Assembly (NCBI GenBank): GCA_965215265.1
Contig: OZ244048.1
Span: 2,176,001 to 2,240,000, forward strand
From: Candidatus Poribacteria bacterium
GTDB lineage: Bacteria > Poribacteria > WGA-4E > WGA-3G
Direction: 5' to 3'
DNA: 64,000 nt
Of the stretch, positions 28,911 to 39,795 are shown one piece after another. The position numbers were made by a program, and so were the translations under genes. Below the pieces are notes generated by a model. It saw only the letters and a program-made list of their open reading frames with translations. It was not told the DNA's origin and searched no databases. Within the stretch, counting starts at the first letter, position 1. Every line of letters begins with the position of its first letter.

Positions 28911-31900
28911 GTGATACCTCAATTCTCAAAACGTTTTCTCATAGGGATTATCGGTTTCCTCGTGCTCATCATTATTGTAGGTATTTTCTACATTGTGCGC
29001 ACCCAGGTGGGTGCGAGAATCAACTACAGTGTCAAAACGTTCACTCCTCAAGATGAGGTCCCGCAATGGGTAGATTTCTCAATTACCTTGTCGGAACCTG
29101 TGATTGATAATTTTCAAATGGGTTCTGAAGTGCCGCAGGACGCTATCCAATTCACCCCTGCCATTGACGGGAAAGCGCAGTGGATAGCCCTCGATAGAGT
29201 TGATTTCTTTTTAGAGAGTGCGTTGGCCCCTTCGACTCAGTACACGGTGGAGCTGACCTCCAAATTGAGTCCATCTAGTGTTTTTATGTTGACGGGGCGG
29301 CGCACTTTTAAATTTGCGACGCAACGTTTTGCTGTGGTTGAAACCGCTATTGAATTCAAGTATGACAAGGCGCGGCAGAATGCTAAAGCGGTCGGCAGCA
29401 TTTCTTTCAACTATCCGATAAATATAGCCGATTTAAAGGCACATCTTTCTGTACAACATGACGATGGGACGGAAATCCCGTATCAAATCCTGCCTGGTGC
29501 CTCAACGGAAACGCGTATGGTGAAACTGGAAACCGTCCAAATCCCGCGCGAACTTGAAGATCAGTTAATTAAGATAAAGATAGAAAAAGGGTTCAAATGT
29601 ATTGGGGCGCAGCTCGGGCTCAAAGCTGCCAGCATTACGCCGATAATCCTGAACGGTAGTGGTACACTGGGTGTTACGTACTGTAATGTCACAGAGAGGG
29701 CGGGTAACCCGTATTTCGCGCTCCGATTTAGCACGCCGATCACTGCAGCAACGCTAGAGCCGTTTATCAGTATCCAACCACCAGTGGAACATCAAGTGAG
29801 CTATAAGTACGGAAATGTATTGATTCATGGTGCCTTCAAACGAAGGGCAACGTATACACTGACTATCGCCGCTGGTTTGACAGCACACGACGGTTCTGTC
29901 CTCAAAAAACCGTATAGCACTCGTCTAACGATTCCTGATGTGCCTGCGCAGGTCCGCTTCCATGGCAACGGGTTCTTTTTGGCTAGAAAAGGGGCGTTGA
30001 ACCTCGGGGTTGCCACGATTAATGTCAAACGTCTGAACATTCAGATTGAGAAAGTATTCGCGAACAATCTGATATATATATCCAAATTAGCTCGGTGGGG
30101 CGGGAGTTCACGCAGCTTGGGGAAACGCCTACATACTGAAGTCGTGGACGTGGATTTCCGATTGAATGAAGAGGTCACAACCCCGATTCCGTTAAACTTA
30201 AAGGATGAGCACGTGGGTATCTTCAAAGTGAAAGCGTCGGATACAGAGCATCGTTGGGTAAGCGAGCATCAATGGGTGCTCCTGACTGATTTGGGTATTA
30301 TCGCCAAACGTTCTGGCAATACGATGTCCGTGTGGGTAAAATCGCTTGCAACCAGCAAATCTGTGCCGGGAGCGCGTGTCAAACTCATCAGTGATAATAA
30401 CCAGACCTTACGTAGCGGTAGGACGAATTGGGCAGGTTATCTTCGTTTTACTGACATGGATGCTAATATCGAAGGGTTCACCCCGTTTATGCTTACCGTT
30501 ACCAAAGCGGATGATTTGGCGTTTATTCAATTTGACCGGCATGGGCTTGCTACAACAGACTTCGATATCGCAGGTTCTGACTATTTAGAAAAAGGGTATG
30601 AGGCATTTCTGTATACCGGCTGCGGCGTGTATCGCCCTGGGGAGAGGGTTCATCTCGCTGGTATTGTCCGTGGTAAGAATCAAGTAACGCCTGCCCCACT
30701 CCCAGCAAGGTTAGAAATTCTTACCCCTGACGGAAGAATCATGCGTGAATTGCGCTTGCAGACATCTGCGAGTGGGACTTGTGAAGTAGAGTTTTCGCTT
30801 CCGGCGTATGCCCTCACCGGTGGTTATCGTGCCAAACTGCGTGTCGCTGGCAAGGTCATTGGACGCTGTGAATTTCAGGTTGAAGAATTTATGCCGGACC
30901 GGATGAAAGTATCAGTCGCTGTCGCCAAGCGTGCCTATTTTCTCGGTGACACTGTGGGAATTGAGGTTGCCGCTGTGAATCTCATAGGTCCCCCAGCTGC
31001 GAAAAAAAAGGTGCAGGTTTCATGTGAATTGGAAGCGGTTCCTTTTACAGTAGAAAATAGAATTCGGACTGAAGGTGCCAAGGTGGCCGGTCGGACTTGG
31101 CACGGATTCACATTTGAAGATGAACAGCAAGCGTTTGAGAAGCAGCGGATTGAATTAGGTGCAGCAACAACAGATGCTGCTGGCAAGGCTTCATATCAGT
31201 GGAATCTGCCTGATACGCTCAAAGCGCCCTCCCTGCTGCACGGTGTTATCACTGCAACAGTGCAGGAAGCCGGGGGCAGAGCTGTGACGGCTGTGCATCG
31301 CGTAGTGATTCATCCTTATTCTCACTATGTTGGACTTCGTCGGACTACCGCGGGTGAGGTGGAATGGAATAAACCTCTTGAGCTTGATGTGGTTGCGGTT
31401 GATGCTACAGGTTCAATTGCGGCTGGGCGTGCGTTAACTTTAACGCTTCACAAAGTACATTGGAACACGTTGCTCCGCCAGAACGCCCGAGGGGAGTATG
31501 CCTATCTCTCTGAACCTGAGACAATAGAGATTTCTAAACGAATTTTAACCTCAGCAGCAACAGTTACCAAGGTGCAGCTAACCCCTCCGGCGTATGGAGC
31601 GTACCGGGTCCGGGTTGAAGATAGCGCATCCGGTGCACGTGCTGACATCGGTTTTGAAGTGGGAGGGTGGGGAGATATTCCGGTTTCAATGGCACATCCA
31701 ACCCGGCTGGACCTGAGACTTGATAAAACGACTTATCAACCTGGGGAGACTGCAAAATTACACATTAAGGCCCCCTTTCCAGGGACCCTCCTCCTGACTG
31801 TAGAACGCGAAAAGGTGCTCAGTTACAGAACTGTGACTTTGCGCGAAAATAGCGGGACATTCAATGTTCCTGTCCTTCATCGTTATATTCCGAATGTTTA

Positions 31901-34493
31901 CCTGGCTGCAACTCTCATCCGCGAAGTCCCGGAAGTTACCGGCAAGATTTCCACAGCTGAAGAGTTACATCAGCAACGCAGCCATGCTGAACCGGATGCA
32001 CTGCGTCCTATCCGTGCTTTTGGTGTTATTCCGTTAAAACTTGATGCGGAACGCAACCGTCTCTCTATAAAGATGGATGTCCCTGAAGTAGTCCGACCGA
32101 ACCGGGAATTGGAGCTCGCCTTTCAGGTAAAAGGCTCGCAGACCTGGAAAAAATACGATGTCTGTATCGCGGCGGTTGATGAAGGCATCCTTGCCCTGAC
32201 AGATTTCCAAACGCCGAACCCACACAACTATTTCTATCGCCAACGTGGGCTCAAGACACGTTCGTATGACCTATATAGTGCAATTTTGCCTGAAATCGTA
32301 CAGCCGCCAGAGGGCACAGGCGGGGATTCCGTGGACACCGATGCCCGGGTGCGACGATTAAACACCGCCAGTGTTAAACGTGTCAAACCTGTTAGACTCT
32401 GGTCCGGTCTGCTCAAAACAGACGAGACGGGACGTGGTACTGTCCGATTCAGCCTTCCACAGTTCAACGGCACGTTGAGACTCATGGCAGTGGCTTCCGC
32501 CGGGGCTGACTACGGTGCGGCAGAGGCAAACCTGCTCGTTAGAGAGCCAATTGTCATAACTCCAACATTCCCACGATTCCTCGCCGGTGGCGATCTTGCT
32601 CACATCCCTGTTACACTTTTTAATAAGACCGGGGCAGATGGGACTTTTACTGTTAAATTGGAAGTGACAGACGGAGCAGTCGCGTTGTTAGAAGAACCTG
32701 CTGGACTCAATATGGACTTACAAGCAATGAACGTATCCAAAGTCCCTTTGGAAAAGCAGGTTTACGTAGCCGCCAATACAGAGACAGAGGTGAGTTTCGA
32801 TATTCGTGCACATGAGGCGATAGGTGATGCAACTTTCGCGTTGACTGCATCAGGGAACAACGAAACCACACACTTAACGTTAACACTACCCGTTCGTTCG
32901 GCTGCCCCGCCGATTACACAAACAGGTTCTGGCATTGTTCGCGCTGGCGAACCGGCTGATTTCATTTTCCCGGCCAATCTTCTGAGTGATTCTTCAGACT
33001 TTACGCTCGTGCTTTCACCGTTTCCAGCTGTTCAGTTTGCCGACAGTCTGCAATATCTTCTCCAGTATCCACATGGTTGCATTGAGCAGACGACGAGCCG
33101 TATCTTTCCGTTGCTCTATTTCAGCGAGTTGGCAAGAATGGTTGAGCCTGCGCTGGCGGAAGCCACTGCGGAGAGTGAAACAGTTGAGCATTATATTAGC
33201 GCCGGCATCACGAAATTAGAAAGTCTATTGATGCCGAACAACTATTTCGCCTATTGGCCCGGGGGTACCTATCACAATCCGTGGAGTAGTATCTACGCTG
33301 GACATTTCCTTGTTGAGGCCCGGAAGGCCGGCTACGAAGTCACGGCGCGCGTTTACGACGGAATGTTGGAGGGGTTACGTCAACAAGCACGACTTTATCA
33401 GCACGGACAAGTCGAGGCGAGTCAAGTTGACAATCAAGTCAGTGCAGCACGCGATAGGGAGACATCACTTGCTGCTTATGCTTGTTATGTCTTAGCTGCT
33501 GCAGGTGTACCTGAAAAGGGTATAATGAACTACCTCAAAAACAGCACCAGCCTGCGGGCTTATAGCCATTTCCAATTGGCAGGTGCGTTTGCTCTGAGTG
33601 GTGAATTAGAAGTGGCACTGGCCATGTTGCCTGTGTCGGTTTCGCCGCAAAAGGCTGGTACCCGGGAGACGGGCGGCACGCTGGACTCCCCTGTTCGCGC
33701 ACAAGCCATCATGCTGGATGTGCTCGCCGAAGTCAATGAAAACCATCCATCACTCCCGGTGCTGGTGAAGAATCTGAGCGAGGCTGTGACTGCATCGGGC
33801 AATCGTTGGACAACAACACAAGAGAACGCTTTCGCCTTCCTTGCATTGGGCAAAATTATGAAGAAACAGATCTCAACAGATTACACTGGTACCTTCACAC
33901 TCGACGGTACAGCTATTGCTCACTTTGAGGGAACAGAGCAGCGTTACACGGATGCAGCATGGGACGGGGGGCGCGTAGAGCTCGCTATAGAGGGGAAAGG
34001 CACCTGTTACTACCATTGGCGTGCTTTTGGTATTCCACAGGATTCCTTTATTGAAGAATACGCACGTGAATTACAAGTGCGTCGCCGCTATTTTAATCAA
34101 AATGGTGAAGAACTGATTCACACCTTTACACACGGCGACTTAATTGTCGCGGAGATTACCGTCAAAGCATTGACTGAAAATCTCGAAAACGTTGTGGTTG
34201 TAGATATGGTGCCTGCCGGTTTTGAAATTGAGAATCCACGACTTGAATCGCGAGCAGGGATTCCTTGGGTAAAGACAGAGGATTTCAAACCGGATTACCT
34301 TGATATCCGCGATGACCGGCTCATTTTTTTCGGTGTGTTCCCCCGCCAGCGAGAACGTAAGTTCTATTATGCACTCCGCGCAGTTACACAAGGTGAATTT
34401 ATTTTACCGCCTATCGCAGCGGAGGCAATGTATGATGCCACAAAATCTGCCGTTGCAGACAGTAGACGCATTAAGGTAGTAGGAATTGAGTAG
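28911..34493 (+). CDS. bacterial alpha-2-macroglobulin (YfhM-like)
   Basis: TDLGI, YRPGE, F.VEEFMPDRM, AAVDEGIL.LT, thioester YPHGCIEQTTS, RDDR; directly upstream of pbpC. Confidence 0.93.
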   Translation: MIPQFSKRFLIGIIGFLVLIIIVGIFYIVRTQVGARINYSVKTFTPQDEVPQWVDFSITLSEPVIDNFQMGSEVPQDAIQFTPAIDGKAQWIALDRVDFFLESALAPSTQYTVELTSKLSPSSVFMLTGRRTFKFATQRFAVVETAIEFKYDKARQNAKAVGSISFNYPINIADLKAHLSVQHDDGTEIPYQILPGASTETRMVKLETVQIPRELEDQLIKIKIEKGFKCIGAQLGLKAASITPIILNGSGTLGVTYCNVTERAGNPYFALRFSTPITAATLEPFISIQPPVEHQVSYKYGNVLIHGAFKRRATYTLTIAAGLTAHDGSVLKKPYSTRLTIPDVPAQVRFHGNGFFLARKGALNLGVATINVKRLNIQIEKVFANNLIYISKLARWGGSSRSLGKRLHTEVVDVDFRLNEEVTTPIPLNLKDEHVGIFKVKASDTEHRWVSEHQWVLLTDLGIIAKRSGNTMSVWVKSLATSKSVPGARVKLISDNNQTLRSGRTNWAGYLRFTDMDANIEGFTPFMLTVTKADDLAFIQFDRHGLATTDFDIAGSDYLEKGYEAFLYTGCGVYRPGERVHLAGIVRGKNQVTPAPLPARLEILTPDGRIMRELRLQTSASGTCEVEFSLPAYALTGGYRAKLRVAGKVIGRCEFQVEEFMPDRMKVSVAVAKRAYFLGDTVGIEVAAVNLIGPPAAKKKVQVSCELEAVPFTVENRIRTEGAKVAGRTWHGFTFEDEQQAFEKQRIELGAATTDAAGKASYQWNLPDTLKAPSLLHGVITATVQEAGGRAVTAVHRVVIHPYSHYVGLRRTTAGEVEWNKPLELDVVAVDATGSIAAGRALTLTLHKVHWNTLLRQNARGEYAYLSEPETIEISKRILTSAATVTKVQLTPPAYGAYRVRVEDSASGARADIGFEVGGWGDIPVSMAHPTRLDLRLDKTTYQPGETAKLHIKAPFPGTLLLTVEREKVLSYRTVTLRENSGTFNVPVLHRYIPNVYLAATLIREVPEVTGKISTAEELHQQRSHAEPDALRPIRAFGVIPLKLDAERNRLSIKMDVPEVVRPNRELELAFQVKGSQTWKKYDVCIAAVDEGILALTDFQTPNPHNYFYRQRGLKTRSYDLYSAILPEIVQPPEGTGGDSVDTDARVRRLNTASVKRVKPVRLWSGLLKTDETGRGTVRFSLPQFNGTLRLMAVASAGADYGAAEANLLVREPIVITPTFPRFLAGGDLAHIPVTLFNKTGADGTFTVKLEVTDGAVALLEEPAGLNMDLQAMNVSKVPLEKQVYVAANTETEVSFDIRAHEAIGDATFALTASGNNETTHLTLTLPVRSAAPPITQTGSGIVRAGEPADFIFPANLLSDSSDFTLVLSPFPAVQFADSLQYLLQYPHGCIEQTTSRIFPLLYFSELARMVEPALAEATAESETVEHYISAGITKLESLLMPNNYFAYWPGGTYHNPWSSIYAGHFLVEARKAGYEVTARVYDGMLEGLRQQARLYQHGQVEASQVDNQVSAARDRETSLAAYACYVLAAAGVPEKGIMNYLKNSTSLRAYSHFQLAGAFALSGELEVALAMLPVSVSPQKAGTRETGGTLDSPVRAQAIMLDVLAEVNENHPSLPVLVKNLSEAVTASGNRWTTTQENAFAFLALGKIMKKQISTDYTGTFTLDGTAIAHFEGTEQRYTDAAWDGGRVELAIEGKGTCYYHWRAFGIPQDSFIEEYARELQVRRRYFNQNGEELIHTFTHGDLIVAEITVKALTENLENVVVVDMVPAGFEIENPRLESRAGIPWVKTEDFKPDYLDIRDDRLIFFGVFPRQRERKFYYALRAVTQGEFILPPIAAEAMYDATKSAVADSRRIKVVGIE

Positions 34494-36999
34494 TTTATTC
34501 CGGGGAAAGTCACTCCTGCATCCGAACCACTGGCGATGGCTGTGCCTTGCCGCGTTGGTTGTTCTACTTCTACTGTTTATTGCCGCAAACCTGTTTTTTT
34601 CGTTGCCCAAAACCTTGCTCCATCCCCCTGTCTCTTGTATTGTGTTGGATAGAAATGGGGAATGGCTGCGCGCATTTTTAGCTCAGGACGGAATGTGGCG
34701 TATACGAGAGCCGGATTTAGCGGCGGTCTCCCTTTGGTTAAAACAAGCAACCTTAACCATGGAAGATCGTTGGTTTGCCTACCACTTTGGCATTAATCCT
34801 GTCTCAATGGTGAATGCCGCGATAGAAAACCTGAGGAGTAGGAAAGTCGTCCGCGGCGGCTCAACTATCACGATGCAGCTCGCACGAATGATGGAACCCA
34901 AAGCACGGAACATCCCCAATAAGTGTATTGAAATGTTCCGTGCCCTTCAACTGGAACTTACCTATTCCAAATCTGAGCTCTTAACGTTTTATTTCAACAT
35001 GCTCCCCTATGGCGGGAATATAGTCGGATCAGCTGCAGCGGCCCGATTGTACTTCAATAAACCACAGCAGGCCCTTAGCATCGGTGAAGCCGCCCTTCTC
35101 GCTGCTATCCCGAATTCCCCTGAGCGTTTAAGGCCGGACAGATTTCCACAGCGTGCACGCAAGGCGCGCGAAAAAGTGCTAAGACGACTCTTCGCTCTCG
35201 GACAGATTTCACGAGCCCAGTTTGAGTCAGCCCTACAAGAGCCAATTCCGACAAAACTTCACAGATTCCCGTTTAAAGCACCACATCTCTCTCGTCTACT
35301 TGCATCCTCGCACGTGCAGGGGGGTCCGATATATACAACAGTTGACATGAAAAAACAGCAGACAGCTGTGCGCCTGCTGCGAGAACATCTGGAAGGGTTG
35401 CAAACTGTGTCAACGGGAGCAGTCGTCATCATGGCGACTCAAACGCGTGAAGTGCTTGCGTTGGTAGGTTCGCATGATTTCTTTGACACTGCCGCCCTAG
35501 GGCAGGTAAATGGTGTACTCGCCCCCCGTTCCCCCGGCTCCGCGCTCAAACCGTTTGTGTACGCGCTGGCAATTGACCAGGGGATAATAACCCCTGCCTC
35601 ATTGCTGCTGGATGTCCCTGTCTCCTATGGCGGCTATCGTCCTGTTAACTACGATGGTACATACACTGGATATGTTTCTGCACGTCGTGCATTGGCACAG
35701 TCGCTTAACGTACCAGCAGTGAATCTTACAGTACAATTAGACAAAGAACCGTCTCTTAGTGGCGCGCGTGGTACTCCGTCATGGTATTCGCCCCACCGTA
35801 GGGCACCAGTTACCTTAACGCAATTCCTCAAACAAGCCGGTATTTCTACCTTGTCCAATACAAGGCGGTATGGGCTTTCCATTGTGCTGGGTGGCTGTGA
35901 AGTCAATCTGTTAGAGTTAACGACACTTTATGCCTCCTTAGCAAATATGGGAGAATTTGTCCCGTATTGCTTAACGCTTCAAGAGGCGGAAGGAAAATCC
36001 CAACTGATACCTGCCCCCGTCCGTCTATTTCGGGAAGAAACCGCTTTTATGATTACCGAAATGCTGACGACACGAGCCCGTCCCGATTTTCCTGCGGACA
36101 GTTTTGAAAAAACCGTTAATCTACCCAAAATCGCGTGGAAAACCGGGACCTCGTACGGCCATCGCGATGCATGGAGCATAGGGTATTCACGGACATTCAC
36201 TATCGGTGTGTGGTTAGGCAATTTTGACGGAAAAGGCATTCCGCTGCTTAGCGGCTCTTCCGCTGCAACGCCGTTGTTGTTTTCTCTGTTTACCGCCCTG
36301 ATGGCGACAGAGTCACACCAATGGTTTACTCCGCCGGCCCATCTCAAAACGCGGCAGGTGTGTGTCCTGAGCGGACAGCCTGCTGCCCGACACTGTCCAA
36401 CGCGTAAAAACGATACCTACATCCCTGGTGTTTCCACCGTTCGCCCCTGTACTCTCCACAAACGGGTTTATATTCATAAAGCCACCGGCTATAGTGTCTG
36501 CTCGCACTGTTGGAATCTATCCGTGCCTGAGGTTGATAATGACCAGAGGGGTTCTGATGAGAGAGGTACACGCGTGTTCACAGGAAAAGCACCTTTTAAT
36601 ATTGAAGAGCGCATCCTTGAGGAATGGCCTGCTGAAGCCGCAACATGGTTAGCAAAAAACGGATTTGCGGTTCCTGCCTTCCCGCCACATAACCCCGACT
36701 GTACTGCGTTTCTTGCCGGGGAGACACCAAGCATTTTATCACCTTCAAAAGGTACCGTCTATTACATCCGCCAAGGCATCCCGCTTGAACATCAAAAAAT
36801 CATGCTCAACGCATCTATCAGCAACCGAACGCAGGAGTTATATTGGTTTCTTGATGGCGAACTGATTTCCACAGAGTCGACGTACTTCCTCACCCCGGTG
36901 CCTGGGCACCACGTCATCACGTGTGTAGATGGCGCTGGCCGGGCTGCGACGCGGCCGCTTTTGATTAAGCATTTTGTAGCTTCCAACCCCACTCGGTGA
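34486..36999 (+). CDS. pbpC: penicillin-binding protein 1C
   Basis: EDRWF..H.G, GGSTITMQLAR, SPGSALKPF, SLN, KTGTSYG.RDAW and a C-terminal PBP1C domain. Confidence 0.92.
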   Translation: MSSLFRGKSLLHPNHWRWLCLAALVVLLLLFIAANLFFSLPKTLLHPPVSCIVLDRNGEWLRAFLAQDGMWRIREPDLAAVSLWLKQATLTMEDRWFAYHFGINPVSMVNAAIENLRSRKVVRGGSTITMQLARMMEPKARNIPNKCIEMFRALQLELTYSKSELLTFYFNMLPYGGNIVGSAAAARLYFNKPQQALSIGEAALLAAIPNSPERLRPDRFPQRARKAREKVLRRLFALGQISRAQFESALQEPIPTKLHRFPFKAPHLSRLLASSHVQGGPIYTTVDMKKQQTAVRLLREHLEGLQTVSTGAVVIMATQTREVLALVGSHDFFDTAALGQVNGVLAPRSPGSALKPFVYALAIDQGIITPASLLLDVPVSYGGYRPVNYDGTYTGYVSARRALAQSLNVPAVNLTVQLDKEPSLSGARGTPSWYSPHRRAPVTLTQFLKQAGISTLSNTRRYGLSIVLGGCEVNLLELTTLYASLANMGEFVPYCLTLQEAEGKSQLIPAPVRLFREETAFMITEMLTTRARPDFPADSFEKTVNLPKIAWKTGTSYGHRDAWSIGYSRTFTIGVWLGNFDGKGIPLLSGSSAATPLLFSLFTALMATESHQWFTPPAHLKTRQVCVLSGQPAARHCPTRKNDTYIPGVSTVRPCTLHKRVYIHKATGYSVCSHCWNLSVPEVDNDQRGSDERGTRVFTGKAPFNIEERILEEWPAEAATWLAKNGFAVPAFPPHNPDCTAFLAGETPSILSPSKGTVYYIRQGIPLEHQKIMLNASISNRTQELYWFLDGELISTESTYFLTPVPGHHVITCVDGAGRAATRPLLIKHFVASNPTR

Positions 37000-37031
37000 A
37001 CCTGTGGCGGTGCCATCTCCGACAAACCTAT

Positions 37032-37098
37032 GGTGGTGCCCACCCGCCCCAACTCCTCTCTCCTGAAACAGAGACTGGAAAAGGGTTGGTGGGCACCA
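37032..37098. repeat. family-II-related palindromic repeat between convergent genes
   Basis: GGTGCCCACC...AACTCCTCTCTCCT...GGTGGGCACC; shares CCCACCCGCC.AACTCCTCTCTCCT with the MITE interior. Confidence 0.55.
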
Positions 37099-37107
37099 AC
37101 TGAATTT

Positions 37108-37959
37108 TTAATGGAATTGGGCGGGTGCCCAATTCCACTTCAGTTTTGCCCAAGTGGTTGTCAACTTACCTGCTGCTTCGACAGCCAGTGCCTTTTCCAT
37201 GTTTGCCTTAACTTCTTCTGCGGTGAGCGCGACACTCCAGATCTTGAATTCATCAATCACCCCGTTGAAGAAGTTTCCATTGCCTTGGTTGGCGGCAATC
37301 GACATGCCTTGTGTGCCGAAATCCATGCGTGCGTCGCCGCCGGATTTTGCTTCGCCATCGACCTCACCGTTGATGTACATCACTGCATTGCTTTTATCCT
37401 GTGTGCCTACGAAGTAGTGCCATTCGGGCTCAAATCCGATTTTATCGGTGAGTGCCTCTAGTTCGGCGCCCTGCGTGGCAAAGTAGAAACCGAATAACAC
37501 ACCGCCGCGATTGAACGTTATATGGGGACGCCCACCACCAGTGAGTCTATAGAGCAAATCTATACGGTTTCCGCCCTCAATCTTATCGTCCGGTTTAAAC
37601 CAGAACTCAATCGTCATTTCCTTGGGTTCATCAATCCCGAACGCATCCACATTCACGCTTCCGTTATTAAAATGAAGTGCTTGGCCTACAACACCTTCCA
37701 CCCAATCCGCGTTCTTGATATCCCCTGTGAAACTGTTAGGGGAAGTATCTTGTGCCTTGTTTCCTTTCCCTTCATCAAACGGAAAATAAATGATTAAATC
37801 TTTCGCTGCATCTGCAGCGTGACCGAGACTTGGGAATAACGCTGCTACTGTGAATAGTAAAACAATAGGACTTAGCACGGATAGCTCTGCTGAAGAACGC
37901 CGAGAGGCATCAATGCTAATGTGCCAGACTCGAAGAATTATAGAAAAAAAAGGTTTCAT
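37108..37959 (-). CDS. secreted LamG/concanavalin-like domain protein with conserved C-terminal tail
   Basis: YFPFDEGKG, G..G.AL.F, WHYF.GT, Y.NG, F.G.IDEF.IW..AL; AVEAAGKLTTTWAKLK. Confidence 0.85.
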   Translation of the reverse strand: MKPFFSIILRVWHISIDASRRSSAELSVLSPIVLLFTVAALFPSLGHAADAAKDLIIYFPFDEGKGNKAQDTSPNSFTGDIKNADWVEGVVGQALHFNNGSVNVDAFGIDEPKEMTIEFWFKPDDKIEGGNRIDLLYRLTGGGRPHITFNRGGVLFGFYFATQGAELEALTDKIGFEPEWHYFVGTQDKSNAVMYINGEVDGEAKSGGDARMDFGTQGMSIAANQGNGNFFNGVIDEFKIWSVALTAEEVKANMEKALAVEAAGKLTTTWAKLKWNWAPAQFH

Positions 37960-38002
37960 TTTATTTTGACGACGGTGTCGTCATTTCCCTCCAGTTTTAG
38001 TG

Positions 38003-38340
38003 TTTTTGTATATCTCTGTTTTTTCGTATATCTCCGTACCATCACGCTTTATGCTTTGTTAATGACAGTGTAAATCTCGTTTTTTTGTATATTTCAGCCC
38101 GATAACGCCTGATGTTATGTTTATTACCGTGTAAATCTCGTCTGAGATTCCTTAGGTTTTGACTTTAAAGACGATACCTAAGCAGGCTCAGACGAGCTTT
38201 ATGCAAAGGTTATCAAAACATCAATCCGTATTGGGCCCCTGTAGACGAAAAAGCGAGATTTGTAAAGGGTTTAACATAGCAGCAGCCTTTATTGGGCTCC
38301 TGTAGACAAAAGACCTTTATGGTACTGCAGTAGACGAAAA
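38003..38340. repeat. largest family-I bidirectional array (2+2 units with truncated outer units)
   Basis: Minus units end at 38079 and 38140, core 38141-38192, plus units from 38193 and about 38253. Confidence 0.88.
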
Positions 38341-38388
38341 TTAGAAATTAAGACTGGCATTAAATTCATTTCATGTCAGCCGTTGTTG

Positions 38389-39264
38389 TTATTCGGGGGT
38401 GCTGTGCCGCTTGAATTTCAGCGCGCCCCACCGTGTAGTTAATTTAGCCGTTGGCTCGACGGATAGTACCTCTGGTACGTGATAATTAAGAATAAATTCC
38501 CCTATAATGTTGCCCCATGAAACGCCTGGGTGGGGGACATCTCCGACGTAGACTTGTACGAAAATTCCGAGCCTGCCGCCGGTTTCCTCGTTAATCAGGA
38601 CAGCCGGTTCTACACGCAAATCTTCGTCTGTGTTTTCAGCAAGCGCGATGTCGAGTTTCCAAGGCGTTTTCGCGTAATCTTCTAGGTGGAAGGGATACGA
38701 GGTATTGTACTTTTTGAGGCTTGGTACATATTTTTCTCCATCTGCTGTGGGTGTCATCTCTACCGGGTCAGCTTGCCAATTATCGCCTCGTCCCTGCCAT
38801 ACGAAGGCGTTGGGGACATCAATTACGTTTTGCAACCCTCTGGCTTCGTTCGTTTCTGCGGGTCCTTCGGATGTATAAAAGGTGTATTCGCCGGTATTAA
38901 AAATCGTATTGCCGGCATCCAGAAACTGCTCTAAAAGCGAACCGTCGGGTTTTGCATTGCCAGGGGGATAAATCGTTGAAGGGGTGATACCAGTTAAAAT
39001 AAGCGTATTGCCACCACCGTCAGTATGCGCTTTGACCCAATTTGCTAACCCTTCTATATCCTTTGGCTCGAAGACCGTGAGGTTTTGCCCTTTAAGTAAC
39101 TGAATAAGAGTGTCCAGTTCCTTTTGTGCCTCTTTTGCATCCTCGCGGGCCCACGGATGGGAATCGGTATGCAGCGCGAAATCAAAACCGGCTTCCGTTA
39201 CAGCAGTGCCCCAAGCGAGTTTTATCGTGGCTACCATAAGAATTATGCTCAATTTTCTAAACAT
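38389..39264 (-). CDS. secreted hypothetical protein with conserved C-terminal tail
   Basis: Signal peptide; ends SVEPTAKLTTRWGALK; GGAGG RBS. Confidence 0.75.
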   Translation of the reverse strand: MFRKLSIILMVATIKLAWGTAVTEAGFDFALHTDSHPWAREDAKEAQKELDTLIQLLKGQNLTVFEPKDIEGLANWVKAHTDGGGNTLILTGITPSTIYPPGNAKPDGSLLEQFLDAGNTIFNTGEYTFYTSEGPAETNEARGLQNVIDVPNAFVWQGRGDNWQADPVEMTPTADGEKYVPSLKKYNTSYPFHLEDYAKTPWKLDIALAENTDEDLRVEPAVLINEETGGRLGIFVQVYVGDVPHPGVSWGNIIGEFILNYHVPEVLSVEPTAKLTTRWGALKFKRHSTPE

Positions 39265-39334
39265 TTTGCCTCCGTCTTTAGTCTGAAAGCATTAGGCAGC
39301 AGAATCTTCAGTAATCCCAGCAAACATCAAGGAA

Positions 39335-39795
39335 TCAATTTTTCAGCGAAGCCCACGTTACGGCGAGTTTTTCCACCGGTTCAACTGCAGTAGGTGGGAT
39401 TCCGGGTCCATTAATCTCCACGTATTCATAGAGCACGGTTGAATCTCTACCCCCTAACCCCGGTCTGCCCTTGTCGTACGTTTTATCATCTTGTTCCACC
39501 ATCAGTTTCCCGTCAATGTAGGGGTTCTGAGGGTGAGCCCTTCAGTTTTTCGGGTCCTAACTTCCATGCGATAATCAGTCCAATTGTCTTATCCAAAATA
39601 GATGCCTGAGTTCTGTCCACCTGCGACGGTGAGTTCAAGCATGCCATCTTTAACTTTAACTGTCGCTTGGGGTCCGAGTTCCCAATCAGCAATCTCTCTG
39701 TCACTATCAAATTCGTATCGAATCGCTTGCGCGTTCGGAATGCTCAGAATAAGGCATAGGCAGGCACAAAGCCTTGAGATGTAACGCTTTTTCAT
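39335..39795 (-). pseudogene. secreted DUF1080-like/lectin-fold protein, pseudogene
   Basis: MKKRY..signal..SGIYFG*DNWTDYRMEV; after a frame change YIDGKL...YDKGRPGLGG...GPGIPPTAVEPVEKLAVTWASLKN*. Stop codon, frameshift and an apparent internal deletion. Confidence 0.7.

Noticed and set aside
38003-38340. CRISPR array
   Set aside because: The conserved part is short and degenerate, the 'spacers' resemble each other and recur between loci, units point in both directions, and no cas genes are present.
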